From NCBI GenBank assembly GCA_044358835.1, contig JBIKNF010000004.1:20047-84046 (forward strand): a stretch of DNA of 64,000 bases, given 5' to 3'. Each line of letters begins with the position of its first letter. The stretch's first letter is position 1. The translations under genes were made by a program, and so were the position numbers. Of the stretch, positions 36,525-47,349 are shown piece after piece. Origin of the DNA: Vampirovibrionales bacterium. GTDB lineage: Bacteria > Cyanobacteriota > Vampirovibrionia > Vampirovibrionales > JAJTHC01. The notes beneath the pieces are model-generated. The model was not told where the DNA came from and made no database searches. It was given only the letters and a program-made list of their open reading frames with translations.

Positions 36525-38462
36525 TTGCAACAGTTTAGAAATGACTTCTATATAAGAAGGCCTGTTTTCTCTATTAAAGAACATAGGTGGTTTAAACTCG
36601 CGCTGATTGGGCTTTTGGCTGCCTTTTGTTTCCCTGGTTTTAGCGTTGCGCAAACCACTGTCACTGAAATTCAAAAAAACCTGAGTGAAGGTTCCGCCCT
36701 TGAAGGGGGGCTTCCCAATTATGACAAATCTATTACCGTGTACCATGTCTATATAGAAGGCAATACCTTGGTGGATGAAGCACGCCTGCGAAATGTGATG
36801 ACGTTGCGTCCTGGGGTTGTTTACAGTAAAACGGGGTTGCAAAAAGATTTAAAACGCATTTATGAACTCGGCTATTTTACCGAACAAATGAAGGCTGTGC
36901 CCAAAGCCACGAAAGACGGCATTGTAATCTACATTACTTTAGAAGAAAACTCACCAGTCACTGGCATTGAAATTGAAGGCAATCAAGTGCTTACAGATGC
37001 TGAGATTGAAAAGATTTTTGCGGATCAAATCGGGTTGCCTCAAAATATCGAAGCGCTCAATGCGGGTATTGCCGAACTTGAAAAAAAGTACGTCAGTGAA
37101 GGCTATATTCTCGCTAAAGTGGTGGATATTGCCGACACCCCTGAAGGCACGCTAATGTTAAAGGTGGATGAAGGCGTTATTGAAAGCATTAAAGTGGTGG
37201 GCAACCGTAAAACCAAAGACTTTGTGGTGACCAAAAACTTGGTGCTAAAAACAGGCGACGTTTATAACGACACCACCATGAATGACGATTTAAAACGCTT
37301 ATTTTCCCTACAAGCCTTTGACGATGTGCGCCGCGTGCTCACCCCTAATGCGAAGCATCCTGAAAAATATGACTTGGTTGTTGAAGTGGATGAAAAACGT
37401 TCAGGGGCCTTTTCCTTAGGAGGGGGGATCGATACCATTACAGGGTTCTTTGGTTCTGTGGGCTATAGTGACCCTAACTTTTTAGGACGGGGCGAAAACC
37501 TAACCACACAAATTGGCGTGGGTTCTGGCATTATTGGCAGAGACACCCGCACCCAAGCCCGAACCCCCACCTACCAAGTGGATTTGGGTTGGTCAACGCC
37601 CTATTTGGCGGGAACGGACAATGCCTTTAGCGTCAACCTGTTTGGCCGAGATTTACAAAGTTTCAACGTGCCTTTGGCACTTGAGCGTCGTATTGGCGGC
37701 GGAGCCACTATTTCTCGTGCCATTCAACGCTTTGACAATGTTTCCGCAAGTTTGGGTTTAAAGGTTGAAAATGTGGCCCTTCGTGAAGGCGGTAGTTCCA
37801 GCAATTTAGACTTTTTCAACATTAGTGCAACTGAACGTGCCAGAGAACTCGGTCAAGGCGGAACCTTTGTTAGTCTTGGTCCTACCATTGCGTATGACAA
37901 CCGAAACAACCGTTACGACCCGACTTCAGGGTGGTTTAATACGGCTTCAATTGGAGGCACCTTGGGCTTTGGAGCAGACAGTTACGGCACGGCAAGCGTC
38001 AACTTACGCAAGTACTTTGCCTTAAATAAAACGCTTTCTTTGGCGTGGAATGGACAACTTTCTTCATCACTTTTTAATGATATTCCCGATTTCAATGCCT
38101 TTCGTCTAGGGGGTCCCTTCACCGTGCGTGGGTATCAAGAAGGGGGGCTGGGAATTGGGTCTGGTCAAGCCATCAGTAGTATTGAGTTGCGTTCAAAATT
38201 CCCACTCTTTGGAAAGATGAAGGACATTGCCTTCCTTGAAACGCTCCGCGTCGTGGGTTTTATGGATGCCGGTACCTTGTTTAATGAAAGTCAGGTGAAT
38301 ACCCTCTTTGCGCGTAAGGGCGATGGACTTTCCGTTGGGGCTGGTATTCGTTTAACCATTCCGGGTGTAGGCCCCTTACGCTTTGATTACGCTGTTCCGC
38401 TGATTAAAACGAATAAAGATTACCAACAAAACTTCAGCTTCGGAGTGGGGCAAAAGTTCTAA
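36525..38462 (+). CDS. bamA: Omp85/BamA outer-membrane protein assembly factor (about 3 POTRA domains)
   Basis: Probable TTG start after GAGGGA, a signal peptide, POTRA repeats, LGG..TVRGY, LRFDYA and a terminal FSFGVGQKF. Confidence 0.88.
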   Translation: MQQFRNDFYIRRPVFSIKEHRWFKLALIGLLAAFCFPGFSVAQTTVTEIQKNLSEGSALEGGLPNYDKSITVYHVYIEGNTLVDEARLRNVMTLRPGVVYSKTGLQKDLKRIYELGYFTEQMKAVPKATKDGIVIYITLEENSPVTGIEIEGNQVLTDAEIEKIFADQIGLPQNIEALNAGIAELEKKYVSEGYILAKVVDIADTPEGTLMLKVDEGVIESIKVVGNRKTKDFVVTKNLVLKTGDVYNDTTMNDDLKRLFSLQAFDDVRRVLTPNAKHPEKYDLVVEVDEKRSGAFSLGGGIDTITGFFGSVGYSDPNFLGRGENLTTQIGVGSGIIGRDTRTQARTPTYQVDLGWSTPYLAGTDNAFSVNLFGRDLQSFNVPLALERRIGGGATISRAIQRFDNVSASLGLKVENVALREGGSSSNLDFFNISATERARELGQGGTFVSLGPTIAYDNRNNRYDPTSGWFNTASIGGTLGFGADSYGTASVNLRKYFALNKTLSLAWNGQLSSSLFNDIPDFNAFRLGGPFTVRGYQEGGLGIGSGQAISSIELRSKFPLFGKMKDIAFLETLRVVGFMDAGTLFNESQVNTLFARKGDGLSVGAGIRLTIPGVGPLRFDYAVPLIKTNKDYQQNFSFGVGQKF

Positions 38463-38480
38463 GGCTTCTAGAGCTGTTTA

Positions 38481-38575
38481 ATACCGTTTAAACGAATAAA
38501 TAGCGTGTAAGCCTAGTATAGACTCATCGCCTGTTTCATCTATCAAACACTATAATTATACCGCTTAAAGGGTAT
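38481..38575. repeat. Chimeric repeat: family A left end + family B right end + 18-bp palindrome
   Basis: 38481-38506 ATACCGTTTAAACGAATAAATAGCGT; 38509-38553 matches the right end of 9593-9738; 38558-38575 ATACCGCTTAAAGGGTAT. Confidence 0.8.
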
Positions 38576-38583
38576 TAAAGCCC

Positions 38584-38826
38584 TTAACGCAATAAAACAG
38601 TGACGACTTCACCGTCGTTGTAAGCAAGTCCACCTTCAATAGGCAGGCTTCGCTTTTCACCGCTTAGGGTTTCATAACGCAACGCCCCTTTTTTTAAACG
38701 TACCAACACTTGCTGACGCTTGGCAAGGATGCCTAATTCCCCACTAGGGCTGGGTAATACGACTGAACGCACGGCTTCATCAACCGTAACAGCACTAGGA
38801 GACATGACTTTTAAGAAGATGGACAT
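38584..38826 (-). CDS. atpC: ATP synthase epsilon subunit, N-terminal beta-sandwich only (80 aa)
   Basis: Directly follows atpD. LKVMSPS, VVLPSPSGELGIL, IEGG and VTVL pattern; no C-terminal helices. Confidence 0.8.
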   Translation of the reverse strand: MSIFLKVMSPSAVTVDEAVRSVVLPSPSGELGILAKRQQVLVRLKKGALRYETLSGEKRSLPIEGGLAYNDGEVVTVLLR

Positions 38827-38872
38827 CTGTGAAAACCTTTATTGTCTTTAAATGAAGTGGCAGGGAGGCTTC

Positions 38873-40330
<1,458 letters not shown>

Positions 40331-40466
40331 CTATTAAACTGTCTTTATTGTGATTCAAACAAAGCGGGGCGTCAATGAAAAAATACTATAGATTCTAAAC
40401 ATGGCTTGTGTTAGACTTTTATTTTAATGATAATGACAACGTTGTCCCTCGTAAGGATTTAAACTT

Positions 40467-40817
40467 ATGAATTTGTCGATGCTCAAAGCGAAAATACACC
40501 GTGCTACCGTTACTCAGACGGATCTTCACTATGAAGGATCCATCACGATTGATGCCGCCTTGCTGGAGACGGCGGGTATTTTGCCCTATGAACAGGTGGA
40601 TGTGCTCAACATCAATAACGGCAAGCGTTTTACCACCTATGCCATTGAAGGTGAACGGGGTTCAGGTGTTATCGGCATCAATGGAGCGGCGGCTCGTTTG
40701 GCTCAGCCGGGTGATTTGGTGATTATTTGTGCCTTTGCCCAATTTGCGTCTGAACAAGCGTCTAAGCACACGCCCACGATTGTATTTGTCAATGAGCAAA
40801 ACGCCCCCCTCCTTTAG
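40467..40817 (+). CDS. panD: Aspartate 1-decarboxylase
   Basis: [11 protein letters not shown], self-cleavage site [12 protein letters not shown] and NGAAAR. Confidence 0.95.
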   Translation: MNLSMLKAKIHRATVTQTDLHYEGSITIDAALLETAGILPYEQVDVLNINNGKRFTTYAIEGERGSGVIGINGAAARLAQPGDLVIICAFAQFASEQASKHTPTIVFVNEQNAPLL

Positions 40818-40825
40818 GCTTTCTT

Positions 40826-41062
40826 CTAAAACTTTCGCTGGTAAAGACTGGTATCCAACAACTCTTCAAAACCAACGTTTAACACCTTCAGCAACTCGAT
40901 CAACATGGCCATTTTCGGCAGTGAACGCCCCTGATTCCACGACAAAATGGTTTGGTAAGGAACATCCACTAACTCCGCCAACATGCGTAGATTAAAGTCC
41001 TGTGCTTGCACGAGTTCATGCAATCGCAGGCGAAACGGTCGGTATGGATACGCTTTCTTCAT
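40826..41062 (-). CDS. XRE-family helix-turn-helix protein
   Basis: LAELVDVPYQTILSWNQGRSLP..LIELLKVLNV..EELL; ATG after an AAGGA SD. Confidence 0.8.
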   Translation of the reverse strand: MKKAYPYRPFRLRLHELVQAQDFNLRMLAELVDVPYQTILSWNQGRSLPKMAMLIELLKVLNVGFEELLDTSLYQRKF

Positions 41063-41089
41063 GGTCAATGAGTCCTTCTGTTGAACCTT

Positions 41090-41107
41090 ATACCGTTTAA
41101 CTGGTAT
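41090..41107. repeat. 18-bp palindrome ATACCGT-TTAA-CTGGTAT (empty family A site or XRE operator)
   Basis: Same length and consensus as the family A flanks with the core removed. Confidence 0.6.
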
Positions 41108-41350
41108 GACTTGGAATGTACGCGACGTCTGTTCCTAGTCTAATGACACGCCAACGCCCCTTTTAAAAAAAAGGTAACAAAATCCTTACAATTCTTTTAA
41201 AACCCACCCCAAAACCTACATAAAGGAAGGGGATCTTCAAGGGACACATACTTTACTTAGACGAATCCACCCACGCGTGTAATTAAAACTTGCTATGATG
41301 TTTTTCAACACGTTCACCCTATTTATTTACCCATAAGGAAACCACGGACT

Positions 41351-42343
41351 ATGGTTAGACAATCTTCACTGGACTATCACACGGCGGAGGGTTTAGAAGA
41401 CAACTCCTCCTTTATCGTCTTACACTTGCAAGACGACAACCAAGCCGAACTCGACGCGGATGCTCGAGAATCTGAAAAAAAGCTTGAACTCAACGGCAGT
41501 GACGATTCCGTTAAAATCTACCTCCAACAAATCGGGCGTATTAAATTGCTCGATTCCCAAGGGGAACTAGAACTGGCCAAACGCATCGCTGAAGGCGATG
41601 AAGCAGCCAAAGCCCGATTGATCCGCGCCAACTTACGCTTGGTCGTTTCTATTGCTAAAAAATACATCGGGCGGGGCCTGGCTTTTTTAGATGTCATTCA
41701 AGAAGGCAATTTAGGCTTAATGCGTGCGGCTGAAAAGTTTGATTACCGCAAGGGCTTTAAGTTTTCAACGTATGCCACATGGTGGATTCAACAATCCATT
41801 GTGCGAGGCATTTCTGAAAAATCTCGCATGATTCGCTTGCCGATTCACATGATTGAACTGCTCACCAAAATGCGCAAAATTCAGCATCAGCTCAGTCACG
41901 AACTTAACCGTCAACCCACCAATGAAGAAATGGCTGAACGTATGGATGTGCCTGTCGCGAAAATTGAAGCCATTGTTCAAGCCACCCAAACCTCTATTAG
42001 CCTTGAAACCCCTATTAACACGAAAGATGAAAAAGCCACGCTCGCCGACTTTTTGGTGGATGAACACCATGTGGCCCCTGAACACCAATTACAAAACGAT
42101 GCCTTGATTCGCGATGTAAATGCGGTGTTGATGCTGTTGCGCCCGCGTGAACGGGATGTGGTGAAACTTCGCTTTGGTATTATGGATGGAAATCGCCGGA
42201 CGCTTGAAGAAATTGGCCAGTTGTTTGGCGTTTCTCGTGAACGGGTGAGGCAGATTGAAACCCGTGCGGTGAACAAGTTGCGTCGTTTGTGTCGTTCTAA
42301 CGTCACCATGTACAACTTGCGCAACTATCTTAAGGAATTGTAG
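41351..42343 (+). CDS. RpoD/SigA-family sigma-70 factor lacking region 1.1 (group 1/2-like)
   Basis: [53 protein letters not shown] and [18 protein letters not shown]. Confidence 0.95.
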   Translation: MVRQSSLDYHTAEGLEDNSSFIVLHLQDDNQAELDADARESEKKLELNGSDDSVKIYLQQIGRIKLLDSQGELELAKRIAEGDEAAKARLIRANLRLVVSIAKKYIGRGLAFLDVIQEGNLGLMRAAEKFDYRKGFKFSTYATWWIQQSIVRGISEKSRMIRLPIHMIELLTKMRKIQHQLSHELNRQPTNEEMAERMDVPVAKIEAIVQATQTSISLETPINTKDEKATLADFLVDEHHVAPEHQLQNDALIRDVNAVLMLLRPRERDVVKLRFGIMDGNRRTLEEIGQLFGVSRERVRQIETRAVNKLRRLCRSNVTMYNLRNYLKEL

Positions 42344-42489
42344 GGCTTTACCCCCTCTCCCTTAGGGAGAGGGTTGGGGTGAGGGATTCGGGATGTACAG
42401 TTTTAGCTGGTGTTTCCCTCCTCCTAGCGTAGCCCGCCATAGGCGAGACGTCCGACCTGAGGGAGTAGGAACAAAGCAAAAAAGGCTTT
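42344..42489. repeat. REP-like doublet (family D), copy 2
   Basis: CCCTCTCCCTTAGGGAGAGGGTTGGGGTGAGGG; homologous to 9846-9969 with a different insert in the second hairpin. Confidence 0.8.
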
Positions 42490-42548
42490 CGCAGCGCTTA
42501 TTATGACAAAACAACTACTCAAGCCCTTTGACTTGTGATATGTTATAA

Positions 42549-43904
42549 ATGGTTACATTCACACATCAAGGAAGCTTGGCCATGCCCACTCACCACCTGC
42601 ACCACCGCCCTAACAGTACTGCCATTTTTGAAAAAGCCAAAACCTTAATGCCTGGGGGCGTTAATAGTCCCGTGCGGGGCTTTCGTTCGGTGGGGGGGGG
42701 GCTGCCTGTGGTGATGAAACACGCCAAAGGGGCTTACATTACAGATGAAGACGACCTTACTTATTTGGATTACGTGCTAAGCTGGGGGCCAGCTATTTTA
42801 GGGCACACCCATCCTGAAGTAGTAAAAGCGGTTCAAACTGTTGCGGAATCTGGCTTAAGCTTTGGCGCCCCAACAGCCTTAGAAAATGTGCTGGCGGAAA
42901 AGGTCATGCAACGCATGCCGTCCATTGAACGCATTCGCATGGTCAGTTCAGGCACTGAAGCGGTGATGTCCGCTATTCGCTTGGCAAGGGCTTACACAGG
43001 GCGTCATTACCTCATTAAGTTTGAAGGGTGTTACCATGGCCATGCCGATGCGTTGCTGGTGAAGGCGGGTAGCGGTGCCTTGACACTCGGCATCCCCGAT
43101 TCTGCGGGGATTAATCCTGAAACGGCCAAGGCCACGTTAACGGCGAACTTTAACGATCTTTCAAGCGTCGATGCGTTACTTGAAGCGTACCCCAATCAAA
43201 TCGCGGGTATTTTGGTGGAACCTGTAGCCGGCAATATGGGATGCATTCCCCCTCAGGAAGGATTTTTAGAAGGCCTGCGTGAACGATGCACCGCCACAGG
43301 CACCTTGCTTATTTTTGATGAAGTGATGACGGGCTTTCGCGTGGCCAAAGGCGGATGCCAAGCCCATTATGGCGTCCACGCCGATTTAACCACGCTGGGT
43401 AAAATTTTAGGCGGGGGGCTACCCGTCGGTGCCTATGGCGGTCGTCGTGACGTTATGGAAACCGTGGCGCCTTTAGGGCCGATGTATCAGGCCGGTACCC
43501 TTTCAGGCAACCCTCTTGGCATGACTGCTGGCATTGCCACGCTGGATTTACTCGATGCCCCCAACACCTATGAATCCCTTGACGCCTATGCTAAAGCACT
43601 GGTGAAGGAAGCCACAAAACTCTGTGAATCGCATGGGGTACCTGTCAGCACCACGCAAGTGGGGGCGATGTTTTCGCTCTTTTTCGTGGAAGGCGGCGTG
43701 ACGTCGTTTGCGGATGTCTGCCAAACGGACAAGGCCTTTTTTAATCGCTTTTTTTGGGCCATGCTTGAAGCGGGGGTGTACCTCGCTCCTTCTCCCTTTG
43801 AAGCGAGTTTTACGTCCACCTGTCACGGTCCACAAGAACTGGCCCTCACCCTAAATGCGCTAGATTATGCCTTGAAAAAGGCCACACATACGGTTGGGGG
43901 ATAG
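42549..43904 (+). CDS. hemL: Glutamate-1-semialdehyde 2,1-aminomutase (alternative start 42582)
   Basis: PGGVNSPVR, SGTEAVMSAIRLARAYT, GCYHGH, FDEVMTGFR and TLGKILGGGLPVGAYGG. Confidence 0.96.
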   Translation: MVTFTHQGSLAMPTHHLHHRPNSTAIFEKAKTLMPGGVNSPVRGFRSVGGGLPVVMKHAKGAYITDEDDLTYLDYVLSWGPAILGHTHPEVVKAVQTVAESGLSFGAPTALENVLAEKVMQRMPSIERIRMVSSGTEAVMSAIRLARAYTGRHYLIKFEGCYHGHADALLVKAGSGALTLGIPDSAGINPETAKATLTANFNDLSSVDALLEAYPNQIAGILVEPVAGNMGCIPPQEGFLEGLRERCTATGTLLIFDEVMTGFRVAKGGCQAHYGVHADLTTLGKILGGGLPVGAYGGRRDVMETVAPLGPMYQAGTLSGNPLGMTAGIATLDLLDAPNTYESLDAYAKALVKEATKLCESHGVPVSTTQVGAMFSLFFVEGGVTSFADVCQTDKAFFNRFFWAMLEAGVYLAPSPFEASFTSTCHGPQELALTLNALDYALKKATHTVGG

Positions 43905-44230
43905 GTTGGTAGCCGAACATCTTTCCATAAAACAAAACCGTGAGGCGTAGGATCAGGCATCACGGTTTTAAATTTAACTTGTTATACACGTTATTCCACA
44001 CGGTATTCCAGCCAAGGGAAAAGAAACACGTCGTAAACTAATTTGAGAGACTGTAGTACTCAACAGCTAATCCATAGTAAACGCATCTGCAGGTGTTGCA
44101 AGTTCATTTATTAAACATCGTACAAACTCCTTCGTCTAGTGGAAATTTTAGAATGTTTTTAGATTTAAGCCTTCTTAACGGCTAAAAACGAGCTATAATA
44201 AGGAATAAGGCGTTTTTTATAATCACTCGT

Positions 44231-44251
44231 ATTGTAACAGTTCGTTACAAT
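44231..44251. promoter_or_regulatory. Perfect palindrome ATTGTAAC-N5-GTTACAAT, putative TF site
   Basis: 8-bp perfect arms; second instance at 9797-9815. Confidence 0.5.
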
Positions 44252-44374
44252 GGGTGGATCTTTAAGGTGAGTTTTGAAGAACGCACCCTAAAACGCTGGA
44301 CGTTAGGGCGACTTTTCATCCCCTTTACCTGTGTGGGAAGTCTAACTGTGTGGGAAGTCACGTGTAGAAAGCCT

Positions 44375-46075
44375 ATGTTTACCTTTTTTGACTCACAACC
44401 TCACTCCCCCACACCGACGCAAGCGGTGCCTGGCTTGCCTGCTTTAACGCATCAAGAACGTCAGGCGTTTTCTCACCTAGGGCTTCAGCTGTGCCAAAGC
44501 ATTTCACCTCACCTTCAGGATTTTTGGGGGCTTAAAAGCCAGTGGCACTTTCAAGGCGTCTGGTACCGCCTTCCCCCCTTATGGCAAAAAGAAGGCTTGC
44601 TTGAAGTGGCGGGTAGTCTGCCTCGAATGAGTGATAGTTACGACCCCATTGCCCTGCCTTACAACGCTTACGCCAATCACGCGTTGTATGAAAGTTTGCT
44701 TCGCTATAGCTTGGGCGAAGCAAGCCACAAAACATCGTCTAGTGCCCCCTTAACGACGCTAGAATCCTTTGTGGTGCGTGACTATTTAGAACAATGGGTC
44801 GTTCACGCGCTAAAGATACTGGTGCCTGAAAGGGTTGAACTTTCCAGTGAACGCCCTGTGCATATGGAGGGCGTTATGACCTTCGTGTTTACGGCCACTT
44901 CAGGCGTTACACCCCTAGAAGAAGGCGTGGGTAAACTCATGCTTCAAGTTCCCGTGAGTGTTTTAAAGACGGTGGCCAAGCAGTTTAAACCACAGCCAAA
45001 GCATTCGTGGGAAAGCGTCTTGGCGTGGAGCCAAGGGCAGGGGAGTTGTTTGACGAGTCCTGCCACGCTGGTGGCGGGCTTAAGCACGCTAAAAATTAGT
45101 GAACTCAAAGGCCTAGAAGCGGGGGACTTATTGGTTTTAGAACATAGTGATGTTCATTACTTAGGGCTTAAACACCCTAAAAGTCATGTGTTACAAGCCT
45201 TTGGCATAAACGCCGAACTAGGTTCATTGGAATACTTTGATCCTGCGTGGGCGAGTCCTTCCCCTTATTCCAGTCCTTCCGCGCCCAACGATCAATCCCC
45301 ACTGGCCTCTAATCACGAACTTCATTCCACTTCCCCTGAACAATTGCATGAAAGTAGCCTAACTATGATGTACCCCCATACCCAAGTCCCCACTGATGCT
45401 CAACAGTCGTTGTGGGATCAATTACATGTGGACGTCCACGCCGAATTCAAGCCCTTACGAATCCCCATTCAAGAATTGCGTCACATGAGCCAAGGCTTGT
45501 TGATTGAAGTGGGCGACTTACTGCACAATGAAATTCAATTGGTCACCAATTCCACCACCATTGCGTACGGTCAACTCGTCGTGGTGGGAGACAAATTCGG
45601 CGTGTTGTTGACAAAAGTCCCAGGGCAAGAAGACGCTCAGGCCTTAGCACCGCTGGGTGGGCAGGAAGTTCCTTTGGCTCCTGTTTCAGTGGCGCAAAGC
45701 AAACAGGCCTCTGGTCTTACTGAGCAAGCCTCTTCTCCTCAAGCCAGTCCCCCCTCATTTGAAGACGACCAAGACGATGAGGCCCCCACCCCTAAAATAG
45801 ATCCTCAACTCGTGGCCTATTGTCAAAACATTGGGTTGCATCCGCAGTTGGCTCAAACGGCCATTAGCGTTGGGTTTAACTTGCAAGAATTGGTGGATGC
45901 CGCCACCCAACAAGGCATCGGCATGAATGAGTTCTTTGTCGCCACGTTTGAACATGAACAGAATAACATTCCAGTCCCCAAGCTAGACGATGACGATGAA
46001 CTGAGCGCTGAATTAAACCGCACCACCGCCATGCTAGAAGAAGTCGAAGACTTGTTGGATGATGAAGATTCCTAA
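44375..46075 (+). CDS. FliM/FliN (SpoA-domain) family protein, flagellar switch or SctQ-like, with acidic C-terminal tail
   Basis: SPOA-like segments LVAGLSTLKISELKGLEAGDLLVL and WDQLHVDVHAEF...ELRHMSQGLLIE...IAYGQLVVVGDKFGVLLTKV. Confidence 0.7.
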   Translation: MFTFFDSQPHSPTPTQAVPGLPALTHQERQAFSHLGLQLCQSISPHLQDFWGLKSQWHFQGVWYRLPPLWQKEGLLEVAGSLPRMSDSYDPIALPYNAYANHALYESLLRYSLGEASHKTSSSAPLTTLESFVVRDYLEQWVVHALKILVPERVELSSERPVHMEGVMTFVFTATSGVTPLEEGVGKLMLQVPVSVLKTVAKQFKPQPKHSWESVLAWSQGQGSCLTSPATLVAGLSTLKISELKGLEAGDLLVLEHSDVHYLGLKHPKSHVLQAFGINAELGSLEYFDPAWASPSPYSSPSAPNDQSPLASNHELHSTSPEQLHESSLTMMYPHTQVPTDAQQSLWDQLHVDVHAEFKPLRIPIQELRHMSQGLLIEVGDLLHNEIQLVTNSTTIAYGQLVVVGDKFGVLLTKVPGQEDAQALAPLGGQEVPLAPVSVAQSKQASGLTEQASSPQASPPSFEDDQDDEAPTPKIDPQLVAYCQNIGLHPQLAQTAISVGFNLQELVDAATQQGIGMNEFFVATFEHEQNNIPVPKLDDDDELSAELNRTTAMLEEVEDLLDDEDS

Positions 46076-46187
46076 GACGTTTCCCCACGTAAATGAAGGA
46101 GCCCTAAGCACCTCCTACTAGCTATTCTGTTTTTTTTGTCGTATAGTAATAACTGTTGTGTCATGGAATGGAGACGAGCGCGTATTT

Positions 46188-46694
46188 ATGTCTATTATAG
46201 CATCGTCTTGGCCTATTTTCAAGGTTTCCTCGCTGTTTCCTGTGGGCTTTTATAACTCGGGCTATGAAGTGATTGTCTCGAGTCTTTTAAGTGCGTTTAT
46301 GGCGCAATTGTTTAAGCTCATTGGTACGCTTGTGTTTAAACGTGAAATGAATTTTCGCTTGTTGGTTGAAACAGGCGGTATGCCTTCTAGCCATAGTGCT
46401 TCAATGACGGCACTGGCGACTGCTGTGGGCATGGTCGACGGGTTCTCTTCCACCATATTTGCCGTGGCTGTGGGCATTGCTTTGGTGGTCATGTACGACG
46501 CCGCAGGGGTGCGTCGTTCAGCAGGGCGCATGGCCAGCATTTTAAATAAAATGACTCAAGACATTTACACCCATGAAACGGGCCATGTTCCTGAACGTTT
46601 ACGCGAATTATTGGGGCATACGCCGTTTGAAGTGTTGGTGGGGGGCTTATTAGGCATTGTGTTTGCCGTTTACTTTCATTTAAGCTTGGCTTAA
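46188..46694 (+). CDS. Divergent PAP2 / DUF212 family membrane protein
   Basis: AQLFK, TGGMPSSHSA, VMYDAAGVRRSAG and LRELLGHTPFEV. Confidence 0.9.
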   Translation: MSIIASSWPIFKVSSLFPVGFYNSGYEVIVSSLLSAFMAQLFKLIGTLVFKREMNFRLLVETGGMPSSHSASMTALATAVGMVDGFSSTIFAVAVGIALVVMYDAAGVRRSAGRMASILNKMTQDIYTHETGHVPERLRELLGHTPFEVLVGGLLGIVFAVYFHLSLA

Positions 46695-46998
46695 AGTCTG
46701 GCGGGGAGTTTATTGGGCTTAAGTTTGGGTCGCTTAAATCGAAGGATTCCGTAAGCGGAAAGGCATTTGGGAGTTGAGCGTTTTTTCTTTCTGTTAATCT
46801 CGTTTAAACAAATGCACCCTTAGGTGGATTTATCTTCAGCTTGAAGTGAAACATCGTCTACATTCATGCCGTAAAAATGCTGTAAACCCTTATTCTTACT
46901 ATCTTTAAACACCTTGAAATAGACTTTTTTTTATGAAGACACATACTATCAAAAAAGCATTCACAGCCCACTTTCTTTGATTTACATTAGAACTTAAG

Positions 46999-47036
46999 CG
47001 AAGAGACCATAGACCGTTTTATCTAGCGAACACTAT
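46999..47036 (-). repeat. Family B MITE end fragment
   Basis: The reverse complement ATAGTGTTCGCTAGATAAAACGGTCTATGGTCTCTTCG matches the left end of the 9593 copy. Confidence 0.8.
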
Positions 47037-47122
47037 AAAGGCTTTCTTCAAACATTGCATCATGTTAATAGATTCAAGCTTCGCAAGAGTGAACGAAGCG
47101 TTTTTTAGGGTATGAATTTTTT

Positions 47123-47239
47123 ATGTTGTTTAGTTCTCCGTCGTCTTCTCTAATTCAAGAAGTCAAAGGCACCTTTGTAACCGTGCTGGGTTTAAGTTTA
47201 CCAGCTTTTTTGATTTTCTTGGCGTTGTCTTGGGTGTAA
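47123..47239 (+). CDS. Candidate small membrane protein (38 aa)
   Basis: MLFSSPSSSLIQEVKGTFVTVLGLSLPAFLIFLALSWV has one hydrophobic helix. It is below the ORF-track cutoff and has a weak SD. Confidence 0.35.
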   Translation: MLFSSPSSSLIQEVKGTFVTVLGLSLPAFLIFLALSWV

Positions 47240-47349
47240 GGTGCATGGGTACCAAGTAACTCCTAAGACCTTCCTTAAAAATAAAAGCCAAGCCTGCGTT
47301 TTTGAGTTAAACTATCTTTAATGCAACACACGAGACAGAAAGCGTTTCA

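Noticed and set aside
43982-44010. DnaA boxes or replication origin
   Set aside because: Only two one-mismatch matches lie within a 12-bp tandem duplication (CACGKTATTCCA x2). There is no box cluster or dnaA context.
44231-44251. NtcA or CRP box
   Set aside because: The spacing is GTA-N9-TAC (NtcA is N8) and the arms are not TGTGA/TCACA. It is kept as an unknown motif.
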